Shown here: in pieces, positions 45,461 to 55,783 of the stretch
Layout: every line of letters begins with the position of its first letter
Numbering within the stretch: position 1 is the stretch's first letter
Made by a program: the position numbers and the translations under genes
Notes under the pieces: generated by a model
The model's database searches: none
The model's input: only the letters and a program-made list of their open reading frames with translations
What the model was told of the DNA's origin: nothing
DNA from: Marispirochaeta sp.
GTDB lineage: Bacteria; Spirochaetota; Spirochaetia; JC444; Marispirochaetaceae
Length of the DNA: 64,000 bases
Assembly: GCA_963676835.2 (NCBI GenBank)
Contig: CAXXFF010000003.1
Location: 544,001 to 608,000, forward strand
Reading direction: 5' to 3'

Positions 45461-46213
45461 TCAGGCTTCTATAACCTCAATACCATGTCTTACAAGCATG
45501 CTTCGCTCCTGCTCCGGAAGACCTCCATCTGTTACAAGACGATGCACTGAGGAAAGAGGCGCTACCGGCGCCACACCGGTTTTTCCGAACTTACTCCGGT
45601 CTGCCAGAACAGTAACTTCCCCGGCGAGTTCTATAATACTTTTACGGATTTCTATCAGGTTCAGATTGAAGCCGGTTACCCCTTTATCTTCAGAAATTCC
45701 CGCGGCACCGAGAAAATACCGGTGAATATGAAAACGGCGGAGATTCTCAATTGCCAGAGCCCCGGTAACCGCCTTGTCCATAGCATTGACTGTTCCGCCG
45801 ATCATAATTACCTCAATCTGAGGTTTTTCACACAGGGCTGCTGCAACTTCGAGAGAGGTAGTAACGCAGGTAAAGCGGCGAAGAGGATCGATTGCTTTTA
45901 CCATCTCCATTACAGTGGTACCGCAGTCGAGAACAACTGTCTCGTTATCTTGAATCAGCCCGGCCGCTCTGACTCCCACTGCAGTTTTTGTACCTCCGGA
46001 ACCCGCCCTGACAAGATTCTGCCCCTGATTAATTGCAGCTACTCCTCCACGGGCGGAACGCAAAAGCCCGAGCTGTTCAAGCTCCCGTATATCCCTGCGT
46101 ATGGTAGATTCAGAGCCGTCTATGCTTGAAACCAGATCGCGGAGTTTGACAATACCACGGCTGTTTACAAATTCAAGAATTTCCTGTTGCCGTTCCATCG
46201 GTAGTTTAGACAT
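45461..46213 (-). CDS. DeoR/GlpR family regulator
   Basis: ERQQEIL, SESTIRRD, RGG, LDCGTT, D.SKFG. Confidence 0.93.
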   Translation of the reverse strand: MSKLPMERQQEILEFVNSRGIVKLRDLVSSIDGSESTIRRDIRELEQLGLLRSARGGVAAINQGQNLVRAGSGGTKTAVGVRAAGLIQDNETVVLDCGTTVMEMVKAIDPLRRFTCVTTSLEVAAALCEKPQIEVIMIGGTVNAMDKAVTGALAIENLRRFHIHRYFLGAAGISEDKGVTGFNLNLIEIRKSIIELAGEVTVLADRSKFGKTGVAPVAPLSSVHRLVTDGGLPEQERSMLVRHGIEVIEA

Positions 46214-46457
46214 GCTTTCTCCCTCTACTCCTATGCATCACATGAAGCAATATGACATATTTTGACTTTTTTTGCAAGTTTTTATTAACTTTTTATTCAT
46301 TATTCGCCATTCTGCTTTGACATTTGTCATTACATGTCATAATATTGAATCATCAATAATAATTTAAACGAATCCCTGTACATAAAGGGTATTCAGGAAT
46401 TCTGCAGCAACGCGCGCAGAGAACAACGATAATCGGTATACAGTGGAGGTATCGACC

Positions 46458-47288
46458 ATGCATGTAGGAAAAGAAATACGTTTAGCCCGTCTTCTCAATT
46501 CAAAATCAGGTAAGCTTCTGGGGATTACCATGGACCATCCCATTACCCGCGGAGTACTTCCCGGCCTGGTAAACATCCGGGAAACCATGAAGAAGGTTGT
46601 CGCAGGACGTCCCGATTCAATAACAATTCACAAAGGAATCGCCGAGCATGTTTTCCCACCCTATGCGGGAAAGGTTGCCATGATTTTCAAATCCACCGCC
46701 TATAACATTCCCTACCACCCTGAATTTGACACCCCTGTAGCGGATGTGGAAGAAGCAGTTCGGATGGGAGCGGATGCAATCTCTGTAGGATGCATTGTGG
46801 GCGGTCCGGAACAGAAGGAACAGATTACCCAGCTTGGACGGATCAGCAAGGAAGCACTTGGTGCAGGTATGCCTCTGGTTGCCCATATCTATCCCAAGGG
46901 CAGCATGATCGAGGATCCAAACTCTGCTGAAAACCTTGCATATGCGGTTCGTGTTGGCGCTGAACTTGGCGTTGATCTTATCAAAACCCTCTGGAGCGGA
47001 TCTGCGGAAAGCTTTCAGAAAGTAGTTGAAGCATGCCCCACTAGGGTTGCCCTGGCAGGAGGAGCCGCCGGAAACAGCCTTGAGGACTACTTTAAAATGA
47101 CAAGGGATGCTCTGGATATCGGCCTGGCCGGTGTTACCTACGGACGTTTTGTCTGGGAAGACCCCAAGCCTGCAGCGGTTATCCGCGCCCTGGCTGCTAT
47201 TATGCATGACGGAGCCAGCGTAGAGAAAGGTGTTGAAATCTATAATTCCACCCCAGCAGACTACGACGCAGACAACGAGGAGGCATAA
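46458..47288 (+). CDS. Class I aldolase (DhnA/LsrF-like)
   Basis: MDH, VEEAVRMGADA, YPKG, AELGVDLIKT (Schiff-base Lys), AGG, GR.VW. Confidence 0.88.
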   Translation: MHVGKEIRLARLLNSKSGKLLGITMDHPITRGVLPGLVNIRETMKKVVAGRPDSITIHKGIAEHVFPPYAGKVAMIFKSTAYNIPYHPEFDTPVADVEEAVRMGADAISVGCIVGGPEQKEQITQLGRISKEALGAGMPLVAHIYPKGSMIEDPNSAENLAYAVRVGAELGVDLIKTLWSGSAESFQKVVEACPTRVALAGGAAGNSLEDYFKMTRDALDIGLAGVTYGRFVWEDPKPAAVIRALAAIMHDGASVEKGVEIYNSTPADYDADNEEA

Positions 47289-47291
47289 GCC

Positions 47292-48332
47292 ATGCTTGCC
47301 GCTCAGCTGAGAGCACCAAACGATATGGCAGTCACCGAAGTCCCCATGCCCAAAGCTGGGGACGGTGAGTTTGTCATGAAAGTAAAGGCCGCCAGTATCT
47401 GCGGAACCGATGTCCGCATCTACCGGGGAAAAAAGACAAAAGGTATTCGCTACCCTTCTACCATCGGGCATGAGTTTGCCGGAGAAATTGTAGAAGTAGG
47501 CAGCGGAGTGACCGGCTTTGCAGTGGGAGACAGGGTCAGTGTTGATCCGGTTATTCCCTGCCACGGCTGCGCCTACTGCCTTAAGGGCATGGAAAATGTA
47601 TGTGCCAACCGCACTGCCATAGGATATGAGTATGAGGGAGCATTTGCCGAATATATTCTTATTCCTAAACCGGCAGTTGAAGGCGGCCATGTCTATAAAA
47701 TACCCGAAGGAGTTTCCTGGGGAGCCGCTGCTCTTGCAGAACCCCTTGCCTGCTGTATAAACGGCCAGGAAAAGGTTAATATTCAGATGGGAGACACCGT
47801 TGTAGTTATCGGCACCGGCCCCATCGGGCTCATGCATGTAAAGCTTGCCAAAGCAAAGGGTGCAGGGAAGGTAATCGTCAGTGAACTGCACGATCACCGG
47901 CGACAGACTGCCCTGGACTGCGGTGCAGATATAGCCGTGAACCCAGAAAAAGAAGAGCTTGCGGCTATAGTAAAGAATGCAACCGCAGGAATTGGAGCCG
48001 ATGTGGTAATAATGGCAATTGGAATCCCTGCTCTCGTCAAACCTGCCATAGACCTGGCCCGTAAGGGCGGAAGGGTCAGTCTCTTTGCAGGATTTACCGC
48101 GGGAGTATCAGCAGAAATAGACCCTAATATTATCCATTACAATGAACTTATTGTAACCGGAGCCAGTGCGCTTAAACGATCGGACTATGCGACTGCAGTA
48201 CAGATGGTTGCAAAAAAAGAGTTCGGCGCAGATCAGCTGATCTCCCATGAATTTCCTTTACAGGAAATAAACAAGGCTTTTGAAATAGCCGAAGCAGGAA
48301 CTTCCAGTATCAAGGTGATGATCACACCGTGA
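47292..48332 (+). CDS. Zn-dependent (polyol) dehydrogenase
   Basis: ICGTD, GHEFAG, structural Zn motif CxxCxxC-x7-C, EPLAC, GTGPIG. Confidence 0.92.
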   Translation: MLAAQLRAPNDMAVTEVPMPKAGDGEFVMKVKAASICGTDVRIYRGKKTKGIRYPSTIGHEFAGEIVEVGSGVTGFAVGDRVSVDPVIPCHGCAYCLKGMENVCANRTAIGYEYEGAFAEYILIPKPAVEGGHVYKIPEGVSWGAAALAEPLACCINGQEKVNIQMGDTVVVIGTGPIGLMHVKLAKAKGAGKVIVSELHDHRRQTALDCGADIAVNPEKEELAAIVKNATAGIGADVVIMAIGIPALVKPAIDLARKGGRVSLFAGFTAGVSAEIDPNIIHYNELIVTGASALKRSDYATAVQMVAKKEFGADQLISHEFPLQEINKAFEIAEAGTSSIKVMITP

Positions 48333-49843
48333 CAGAGGTTCTGGTAGGAATTGATGCCGGCACATCCGGCGTAAAAGTTACCGCATTTTCACCGGACGGG
48401 ACGCTGCTTCACAGAGAGCAGCGTCCTGCCTCGGTTATTCACCCCTCACTGGACAGAGCAGAGCTGAACCTCGAACTTTACTGGGACAGCATCTGTGACG
48501 CTCTGCGTTCTACCTGCAGACAGTTCCCTGCTGTTGCCGGTGTGGGAATAGCAACAACAACTCCTACCACTATTCTTTTTGATAAAGACCTTAATCCCCT
48601 GGGTAACGGCATCCTGTATATGGACAACCGGGCTACCGGAGAACTGCAGGAAGTGGAGAAAATCTACGGCGGCAGAGGTGCATACTTTCTCCGTATGGGA
48701 AACCGTCTCAGCGTTTCCACCTGTGCTGCAGTAAATTTGCGCTGGCTTCAGCAGAATGAACCGGAACGCTGGAAGGCTGCATCCCACGCTGGTTATCTGA
48801 ACTCCTTTATAGCAGCAAAGCTTACCGGGCAGGCAGCTGTTGATTACACAACAGCATCCTACTCCGGCCTCTATCCCCTTACAGAGTCAGGTTCCGACTG
48901 GGATCAGGAGCTTCTGGAAGTATTCGGACTGGATAAAGGTAAAATGCTCCCCCTGCTATCAGCCGCTGAAAAAGTAGGAACGGTGAAGAGTGAAGCAGCC
49001 CAGTCCACCGGACTGCCTGAAGGTACGCCGGTTGCTGCAGGTTCCGCTGACACCGCCGCAGCGGCTTTCGCCCTGGGGCAGAACCAGAGCGGCGACGCCT
49101 TTGAGTCTGCCGGAACATCCGGGGTGATCAGCTTTGTTCTGGATAAACCCAACTTCAATGCCGCCTTTATGAACCGCCGGCATATAGTTGAGAACCGCTG
49201 GCTTGCCCATGGAGCCATGAGTATGTCCGGAGGATCCCTGTTCTGGGCTATCAACAATGTCTGGCCGGAGCTTAAATCTGTAGAAAACCTGGAAAAAGAG
49301 GCGGCAAAATCAACACCCGGATCGAAGGGTATTCTGTTTCTGCCCTACCTTGCGGGAGAGCGGAGTCCCATCTGGAACCCCGATGCATGCGGCAACTGGT
49401 TCGGCATGACCCGCACTACCGAACGGAGAGATATGATCCGTGCCGTTTTTGAAGCTTCAGCGTATGCAATGCTTCAGCTGGTGGAAGAGGCGGAAAAAAG
49501 CTGGAAATGGAGGCCCACCTCTTTGGTTGGTGTCGGCGGCGGAGTAAAGAGCAGCCTCTGGAACCGCATCAAGGCAGATGTGCTTAACATGGAGTACTCT
49601 GCCTGTGAAAACAGCGATGCCGCCGCCCTGGGGGCAGCCCTTATGGGAGGCACCGCGGCGGGAGTTTTTAAAGGAAGCGACGATCCTGCACTGCCGAAAC
49701 TGACGGATAATCTTGACTCAATCCTGCCCGACGAGAAAACCTTTGATACCTATATCAAAATGTATCAGATATACTCCTCACTCTATCCCAGGCTGGAATC
49801 TTCCATGAGAACCCTCGCCGGCATTCGCCGTCAGCAGGAATAA
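48329..49843 (+). CDS. FGGY family carbohydrate kinase (xylulokinase-like)
   Basis: GIDAGTSGVK, GTSG, FLPYLAGERSPIW, GGG..S, AALGAA. Confidence 0.92.
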   Translation: MTEVLVGIDAGTSGVKVTAFSPDGTLLHREQRPASVIHPSLDRAELNLELYWDSICDALRSTCRQFPAVAGVGIATTTPTTILFDKDLNPLGNGILYMDNRATGELQEVEKIYGGRGAYFLRMGNRLSVSTCAAVNLRWLQQNEPERWKAASHAGYLNSFIAAKLTGQAAVDYTTASYSGLYPLTESGSDWDQELLEVFGLDKGKMLPLLSAAEKVGTVKSEAAQSTGLPEGTPVAAGSADTAAAAFALGQNQSGDAFESAGTSGVISFVLDKPNFNAAFMNRRHIVENRWLAHGAMSMSGGSLFWAINNVWPELKSVENLEKEAAKSTPGSKGILFLPYLAGERSPIWNPDACGNWFGMTRTTERRDMIRAVFEASAYAMLQLVEEAEKSWKWRPTSLVGVGGGVKSSLWNRIKADVLNMEYSACENSDAAALGAALMGGTAAGVFKGSDDPALPKLTDNLDSILPDEKTFDTYIKMYQIYSSLYPRLESSMRTLAGIRRQQE

Positions 49844-49874
49844 TCTCTTCCGGACCTCGATTTACAGATTCAGT

Positions 49875-51239
49875 TTACAGATTAAGGGCATACTCTTTTA
49901 TCTTGTAGATAATGGTACGACGGCTGATGCCAAGCTCCCGGGCAGCTCTGGTCCGGTTTCCGTTCCAGCGCTTAAGGGCAGTCTCGATGGCACCCCGTTC
50001 AATGTCTTTCAGCGAGGCGGCAGATTCCGCAGGTTTTTCCGGAACCTGCAGAGGTGTTTCATTTAAGGACACCGCTGTACTTCTGGATGAATCGGGAAGG
50101 TCGATATCTTCAGCGCCGATAAGCCCGTTATTGCAATAGATGAGTCCCCGTTCCAGAAGGTTTTCCAGCTCCCGGACATTGCCGGGGAAGCTGTAGGATG
50201 AAAGCCTGGATAAAGCTTCAGATGAGATCTGAACCCCGGCAATTCCCATCCGTTTAGTCAGTATGGATAAGAGATGATCTGATAAAAGAGGGATATCTTC
50301 CAGGCGGTCCCGCAGGGGCGGGACTACAAGTCTGACTACATTAAGACGATAGAAAAGATCCTCCCGGAAACGTCCTTCTTTAACCAGTTCCTCCAGGGTT
50401 CTGTTGGTGGCAGAGATTATTCTTGATTCCACGGGAATATCCCGGGTACCGCCAAGACGGCGTATTCTTCTTTCCTGCAGTACCCGCAGAAGCTTCACCT
50501 GAATTGCCTGGGGCATTTCGCCTATTTCATCCAGAAAAAGTGTACCTTTACCGGCAAGTTCGAAGAGGCCCGGCTTGCGGCCTTCTGCACCGGTGAAAGC
50601 TCCTTTCTCATAGCCGAAGAGTTCGCTTTCGACAAGATTTTCCGGCAGACTGCCCACATTAACCGCAACAAAAGGCTCATCCGCATTGGCTGCTCTGGCG
50701 TGTATCTCCCGGGCTGCAACCTCTTTTCCGGAACCGCTCTCCCCGGTAATAAGAACCGTAGAAGATACCCCTGAAATCCGGGCAATCTGCTCTCTTAAGG
50801 AGTTGATTACCACCCCTTCACCGACAAGCTTCCAGCCCCCCCCGGAGGTTCTTCTGCTTATTTCCAGGAGTTCTTCTTTTCTGCGGTTTGCTACGGTTTC
50901 CCTTATTTTATAGACAAGCTCATCGGGCTCAAAGGGTTTTACAATATAATCCTTGGCTCCGTTCTTCAAAGCCTCCACCGCATCATGAATGTCGCCATGG
51001 GCAGATATCATAAGAACAGGGGTAAGAATACCTTCCCGGCTCATCCAGCCAAGAAGCTGATGACCGTCCATTCCGGGCATACGCAGGTCCATAATTACAA
51101 GATCGTAAATGGTATCCATAAACAGCAGCTGGGCGGAAGGACCGTCCTCTGCTGTGTCGGCGGTCATTCCCTCAAGTTCGAGAATCCGCTTCAGGGATTC
51201 CCTTATGTGTTTTTCATCATCAACAACAAGAATCTTCAT
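49875..51239 (-). CDS. Sigma54-dependent response regulator (NtrC/ZraR-like)
   Basis: Receiver domain, GESGSGKE, ELFG.EKGAFTGA, FLDEIGE, FPGNVREL, Fis-type HTH. Confidence 0.95.
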   Translation of the reverse strand: MKILVVDDEKHIRESLKRILELEGMTADTAEDGPSAQLLFMDTIYDLVIMDLRMPGMDGHQLLGWMSREGILTPVLMISAHGDIHDAVEALKNGAKDYIVKPFEPDELVYKIRETVANRRKEELLEISRRTSGGGWKLVGEGVVINSLREQIARISGVSSTVLITGESGSGKEVAAREIHARAANADEPFVAVNVGSLPENLVESELFGYEKGAFTGAEGRKPGLFELAGKGTLFLDEIGEMPQAIQVKLLRVLQERRIRRLGGTRDIPVESRIISATNRTLEELVKEGRFREDLFYRLNVVRLVVPPLRDRLEDIPLLSDHLLSILTKRMGIAGVQISSEALSRLSSYSFPGNVRELENLLERGLIYCNNGLIGAEDIDLPDSSRSTAVSLNETPLQVPEKPAESAASLKDIERGAIETALKRWNGNRTRAARELGISRRTIIYKIKEYALNL

Positions 51240-52513
51240 GATACATACTCCGGTAATTCAAGAGAGACACAGACACCGCTGCCCTCCCGGTTATTTATAG
51301 ACAATTTTCCTCCCGCGGCAGTTATAAAGCGGTGAACCACCCCCAGCCCCACCCCGGTACCATTACTTTTAGTGGTAAAAAAAGGATCGTATACCCGTGC
51401 AAGGTTTTCCGGTTTGATCCCCGTGCCCCGGTCACAGAAATTAATGCAGATAAACGGCCCTTTCCGCTCCAGGGATACGGTAATCTCCTCATAACTGCTT
51501 CCGCTCTGAGCGGCATTGAGAATTATGTTCTCAACCACCGAGCGGAACCGGTTTCTGTCAAATTGAATCCTTAGATCCTTGCGGTCGAAGGAGAGCTTCA
51601 AGGGCATTCCCAGTATGGCTGCACCTATTTCCGGAAGGACTTCCAGAGGATTGAGCACCTCCGGTGAACCTTCCGGATCCCGGAGAAAATCATTGACATG
51701 GCCTGCCAGCATGGTAAGACGCTGGGTTTCCTCATTGATTATTTTTATCTCCCGCCCGACTTCATCGCCGCTTATACGGCTTATCAGTTCTGTCTGAAGT
51801 CTTATAATGCTCAGGGGATTCTTTATTTCGTGAGCAAGGGTACTGGCGGCAGTACCTATTACCACAAGATTTCGCTGATCCTCAATTTTCTGCCGGTACT
51901 GCCGGTTCTTTTCATTCAGCCAGAAGACATACCACAAAGCCAGGGCAATGAGAATTTCAGCAGCAGCCAACCCGACCTTATACACCATATTGCGCGCCCA
52001 GTATCCGGGCTGCCGTATTTCCCAGTAATTTACTTCATGGAAAAGTGCTTCAAACACAGGCGAGCGGGAGTCAGGCTCCCGGGGCGGTGGATTATCATCT
52101 TCATGCCTGGGAGGAGGACTCTGAATAATGATCAGGGTTCCCCTGGAGCGGTTGAGAATATACTGTCTTGGACCGTTCTGGTCACTTTTCATATTTTCCG
52201 TATCAATCGCTTCCGGTGCGGTTCCAAGAATAAACCGGGCTTCCCCGTCCCGGGAATATCCGCCTATACCGGTTACTTCCGTACCGGTACGGTCCTGCAG
52301 AACTTCCAGGGCATGCTCAACAGAACTGGACTCCCTGGCGATAGAGATAAAATCGTTCAGGGTCCGTTCTCCCATGTTTCTGGAGAGAAGACGGTTATAC
52401 TCATTCACACCGCGGAAAACCCCGGCGGCGGCTATACTGGCCAGCAGAAACAACAGCAGGGCAAGTCCTCTTGCTGTTAACCGCTTATCTTTAAATACAG
52501 CAGGTAATTTCAC
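51236..52513 (-). CDS. Sensor histidine kinase
   Basis: Two TM helices, LAHEIKNPL, N...NA, DRGTGI, PFFTTK..GTGVGL. Confidence 0.93.
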   Translation of the reverse strand: MKLPAVFKDKRLTARGLALLLFLLASIAAAGVFRGVNEYNRLLSRNMGERTLNDFISIARESSSVEHALEVLQDRTGTEVTGIGGYSRDGEARFILGTAPEAIDTENMKSDQNGPRQYILNRSRGTLIIIQSPPPRHEDDNPPPREPDSRSPVFEALFHEVNYWEIRQPGYWARNMVYKVGLAAAEILIALALWYVFWLNEKNRQYRQKIEDQRNLVVIGTAASTLAHEIKNPLSIIRLQTELISRISGDEVGREIKIINEETQRLTMLAGHVNDFLRDPEGSPEVLNPLEVLPEIGAAILGMPLKLSFDRKDLRIQFDRNRFRSVVENIILNAAQSGSSYEEITVSLERKGPFICINFCDRGTGIKPENLARVYDPFFTTKSNGTGVGLGVVHRFITAAGGKLSINNREGSGVCVSLELPEYVS

Positions 52514-53868
52514 TCCAGCTCCTCGGCATCGGGTAATACAAGCAGATCAAACAGAAATGTTTCATCGCCGCTCCCTATAGCATAGGTCAGGAGAGACAGT
52601 TTACTCAAGAAATTGTATTTAGCGGTAACAAAACTGTTTCTGGCCTCGATCCAGTCAGCTTCGGAATCCTTCATGTCGGAAAATCCTACCGCTGAAAGAG
52701 CATACATCTCTTTCATTTCACTATAGAGTTCCCCGGCATAGTCATTCGCTGCTTCCGCAGAAACCACAGTACCGGCGGCAGACAATAGAGAATACAGGGC
52801 ACTGCGTATGCTTATGTCCGTCTGCCGACGGGTTTCACGGGCATTCAGTTCTGCAGTACGAAGGGAAATTACTCCCTGTTTTTTAACAATCCCCCGGTCC
52901 CACTGAGTCAGCCCCATTGAGCCGGAAAGGGACAGTGAACTGCCGGGTGTTAGATCAGCTCCTGCAAGAGAAGAAAGAGAACCCGACAGCGAAAGGCTCA
53001 GCTGGGGAGAATACTGCCGCAAATCCATGTCTGCAGTTAATGCTGCCTGCCGGACCGCAATAGAACTGAGCAGAACATCCGGGTGCAGAGCCGCAGAAAT
53101 GAGTTTTTCCGCCATAGCTGAAGCGTCTGACTGATCAACCCTGGCAAGAAAAGCAGCGGCAGTAAGATAGCGGCCGGGCAATTCTCCCTGGATTTCGGGA
53201 GGTGAATCCATACCAAGAAAAGAAGACAGTTCATTCCCCGCCTGCAGTCTGGCACCTTTAGCTTCCCAGAGTGCCGCGTTTCTGCTGGCAGCAGTCGCCC
53301 GGACCTCCAGATATGAAGCTCTGGTAATTGCGCCATTTTCAAGCTTCACCTCAGCCTCTTCAAGGAGCGCAGTGGATGCCGCCAGATCCGCCCGGGCAGA
53401 TTCTTCTCCGGCAAGGGCTTCGAGATAGGCAAAAAAGAGTGTATCACACTGACTGAGAACAGAGAGACGTACGCTCTCCTCCTCAATCACGGCAGCCTCT
53501 GTTTCAGCTGCAGCAAGCTTGCGCTCAAGGGGAAACTGTCCGCCGTCCCAGATGGTCTGGGAAAGGGATGCACCGGCGGCGACAGTAGATGTATCAGAAT
53601 CAAGAGCTGCAGAGTTTTCCCCGCTGGACATTTTGAAACTGCTGCTGATGCTCAGATCCGGGAAAAGGCTGTATTTTACTCCCGACTCTGAAAGCTGTGC
53701 ATTACGGGAAACAAGGGCTGCCGTCTGCATTTCTACAGATCCCGCAAGAGCCAACTTTCTTGCCTCAATTAGAGCCATCTCCGGCGACAGGGGCTCAGCC
53801 ATAATCTGCAAGGGAAGAAGTAGACAAAGGAGCATCGGGAAAGCCCGGTATAACAGATTTTTATTCAT
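52510..53868 (-). CDS. TolC family outer membrane efflux protein
   Basis: Signal peptide, P.LS.S strands, SQTIWDGG, long helical repeats; ATG at 53868 overlaps the permease stop. Confidence 0.8.
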   Translation of the reverse strand: MNKNLLYRAFPMLLCLLLPLQIMAEPLSPEMALIEARKLALAGSVEMQTAALVSRNAQLSESGVKYSLFPDLSISSSFKMSSGENSAALDSDTSTVAAGASLSQTIWDGGQFPLERKLAAAETEAAVIEEESVRLSVLSQCDTLFFAYLEALAGEESARADLAASTALLEEAEVKLENGAITRASYLEVRATAASRNAALWEAKGARLQAGNELSSFLGMDSPPEIQGELPGRYLTAAAFLARVDQSDASAMAEKLISAALHPDVLLSSIAVRQAALTADMDLRQYSPQLSLSLSGSLSSLAGADLTPGSSLSLSGSMGLTQWDRGIVKKQGVISLRTAELNARETRRQTDISIRSALYSLLSAAGTVVSAEAANDYAGELYSEMKEMYALSAVGFSDMKDSEADWIEARNSFVTAKYNFLSKLSLLTYAIGSGDETFLFDLLVLPDAEELE

Positions 53869-55054
53869 AACGTAACGCCTCGATGGGGTACAGCTCTGCT
53901 GCTTTTCTGGCGGGATAGTAACCGAAGAAAATACCAACTGCCGCAGCAAACAGAGCTGCAACGGCAACTATTACCGGATTGACTACGGTGGGGATCTGGA
54001 AAAATCGGTCCATCAGGATACACAGAACAACAGCCAGAAATATACCCGTCAGGCCTCCCAGCAGGCTCAGGAATACCGACTCTGTTAGAAACTGCAGGAG
54101 TATATCTACTTTTCTGGCGCCCACGGACATTCTGATCCCGATTTCACGTGTACGCTCGGTAACGGAAACCAGCATAATATTCATAATGCCGATCCCTCCC
54201 ACAATTAGAGACACCCCTGCAATGGCAGAGAGTAGTATGGTAAGGGTCTGGGCTGTCTCTGAAGCAGTTTCAAGAATCTCCGATTGATTCATTATTCTGA
54301 AATCGTTATCCCGGCTGCCACTCAGTCCATGAGCTTCCCTGAGAATCTGCTCAACCTCTGCTTCAGCTTCCTCCATAAGAGATTCCCTGACCACGCTCAT
54401 TTCTATGGTGTCGATAAAATCTTTTTTACTCAGCCGCGAGAGGGTCGTCAGCAGGGGCGCCATTATGACATCATCCTGATCATTCCCCATGGAGGTGTTT
54501 CCCTTGCTGGCAAGAACACCAATCACCGTCAGGGGAGTACGGTTTACCCGTATACGCTGACCTACAGGATCCTGATCACCAAAGAGTTCTTCCGCCACGG
54601 TACTGCCGATTACCGCAACTTTTTTGCGGGAGGATGAATCACTATCGGTAAAAAAACTTCCGTAAGCAATCTGCCATTGACGGATTTCCAGATACCCCGG
54701 CTCCACGCCGTACAGGGTAGTATCCCAATCTCCTGTACCGCCTACTATATTTACAGACTCCCGGATGTTACCGGAAACGGCCGAAAGATAGCTGTTTTCC
54801 AGGCGGAGTTTTTCAACATCCTCAACCTTCAAACGGTTTGGAATACCGCCCCCCCGCTGGGGAAACAGCATCAGAAGGTTGGTCCCCATGGATTTTATCT
54901 GCTCCTGTATACGCTGCTGGGATCCCTCTCCTACAGCAACCATCAGAATCACCGACCCCACCCCGATGATTATACCAAGGGAAGTCAGCAGGCTGCGCAT
55001 CCTGTTTCTCAGGATACTCCGGAGAGCGAGACGGGTTAGAACGGAGACTTTCAT
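53861..55054 (-). CDS. MacB-type ABC transporter permease
   Basis: RSLLT.LGIIIG, GGIGIMNIMLVSVTERTREIGIR, FGYYPARKAA. Confidence 0.95.
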   Translation of the reverse strand: MKVSVLTRLALRSILRNRMRSLLTSLGIIIGVGSVILMVAVGEGSQQRIQEQIKSMGTNLLMLFPQRGGGIPNRLKVEDVEKLRLENSYLSAVSGNIRESVNIVGGTGDWDTTLYGVEPGYLEIRQWQIAYGSFFTDSDSSSRKKVAVIGSTVAEELFGDQDPVGQRIRVNRTPLTVIGVLASKGNTSMGNDQDDVIMAPLLTTLSRLSKKDFIDTIEMSVVRESLMEEAEAEVEQILREAHGLSGSRDNDFRIMNQSEILETASETAQTLTILLSAIAGVSLIVGGIGIMNIMLVSVTERTREIGIRMSVGARKVDILLQFLTESVFLSLLGGLTGIFLAVVLCILMDRFFQIPTVVNPVIVAVAALFAAAVGIFFGYYPARKAAELYPIEALRYE

Positions 55055-55782
55055 ACCAGAATCTCCCGGGGTTGAGCACTTTTCTGCTGAGCCACAGATT
55101 CATCACCAACGATAAGACCATCTTTCAGGGTGACAATCCGTCTGGTGTAAGCAGCAACATCATCCTCATGGGTAACCATTACTATGGTGATACCCTGTTC
55201 ATTCAGCTGCTGAAAAAGGGCCATGATCTCCAGGGTTGTTTTTGAATCCAGGTTGCCTGTAGGTTCATCGGCCAGCAGAAAAACCGGCCGGTTAACCAGG
55301 GCCCTTGCGATGGCAACGCGCTGCTGCTGACCGCCTGAAAGCTGCGAGGGCACATGATCCATTCGGTCTGAGAGCCCCACCATTTTAAGTGCTTCAGCAG
55401 CCTGTACAGCGGCATCCCGTACTGTTTCGTTTGATTTTGCCCGCCTGTACAGAAGGGGAAGCTCCACATTCTCGAGGGCGCTTGTTCTCGAAAGCAGGTT
55501 AAAACCCTGAAAGACAAAGCCTATTTTTGAGTTTCTGATATCCGCAAAGGTATTCTGATCGGCACCGGAGGTATCCAGATTATCCAGGATATAGGTACCT
55601 TCCGAAGCGTGATCAAGACAGCCGATTATATTCATGAGCGTCGATTTTCCGGAACCCGATGGCCCCATTATGGAGACAAACTCACCTTTTTCAACCTGAA
55701 AATCAACGCCGGCAAGTGCTTTTACGGTGAAATCACCCATCAGATAATTACGGGTAATTCCCGTCATTTCTATCAGGGCCAT
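55051..55782 (-). CDS. MacB/LolD-type ABC ATP-binding protein
   Basis: GPSGSGKST, LSGGQQQRVAIARAL, ADEPTGNLD, VTH. Confidence 0.95.
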   Translation of the reverse strand: MALIEMTGITRNYLMGDFTVKALAGVDFQVEKGEFVSIMGPSGSGKSTLMNIIGCLDHASEGTYILDNLDTSGADQNTFADIRNSKIGFVFQGFNLLSRTSALENVELPLLYRRAKSNETVRDAAVQAAEALKMVGLSDRMDHVPSQLSGGQQQRVAIARALVNRPVFLLADEPTGNLDSKTTLEIMALFQQLNEQGITIVMVTHEDDVAAYTRRIVTLKDGLIVGDESVAQQKSAQPREILV

Positions 55783-55783
55783 C

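Noticed and set aside
46617..47897. 426-aa minus-strand ORF in the track
   Set aside because: Antisense shadow of the aldolase and dehydrogenase genes with no recognisable motifs
49861..49883. Short direct repeat TTTACAGATT x2 at the junction of convergent operons, with a similar word near 57181
   Set aside because: Too short and AT-rich to call a target-site duplication; no mobile-element gene nearby
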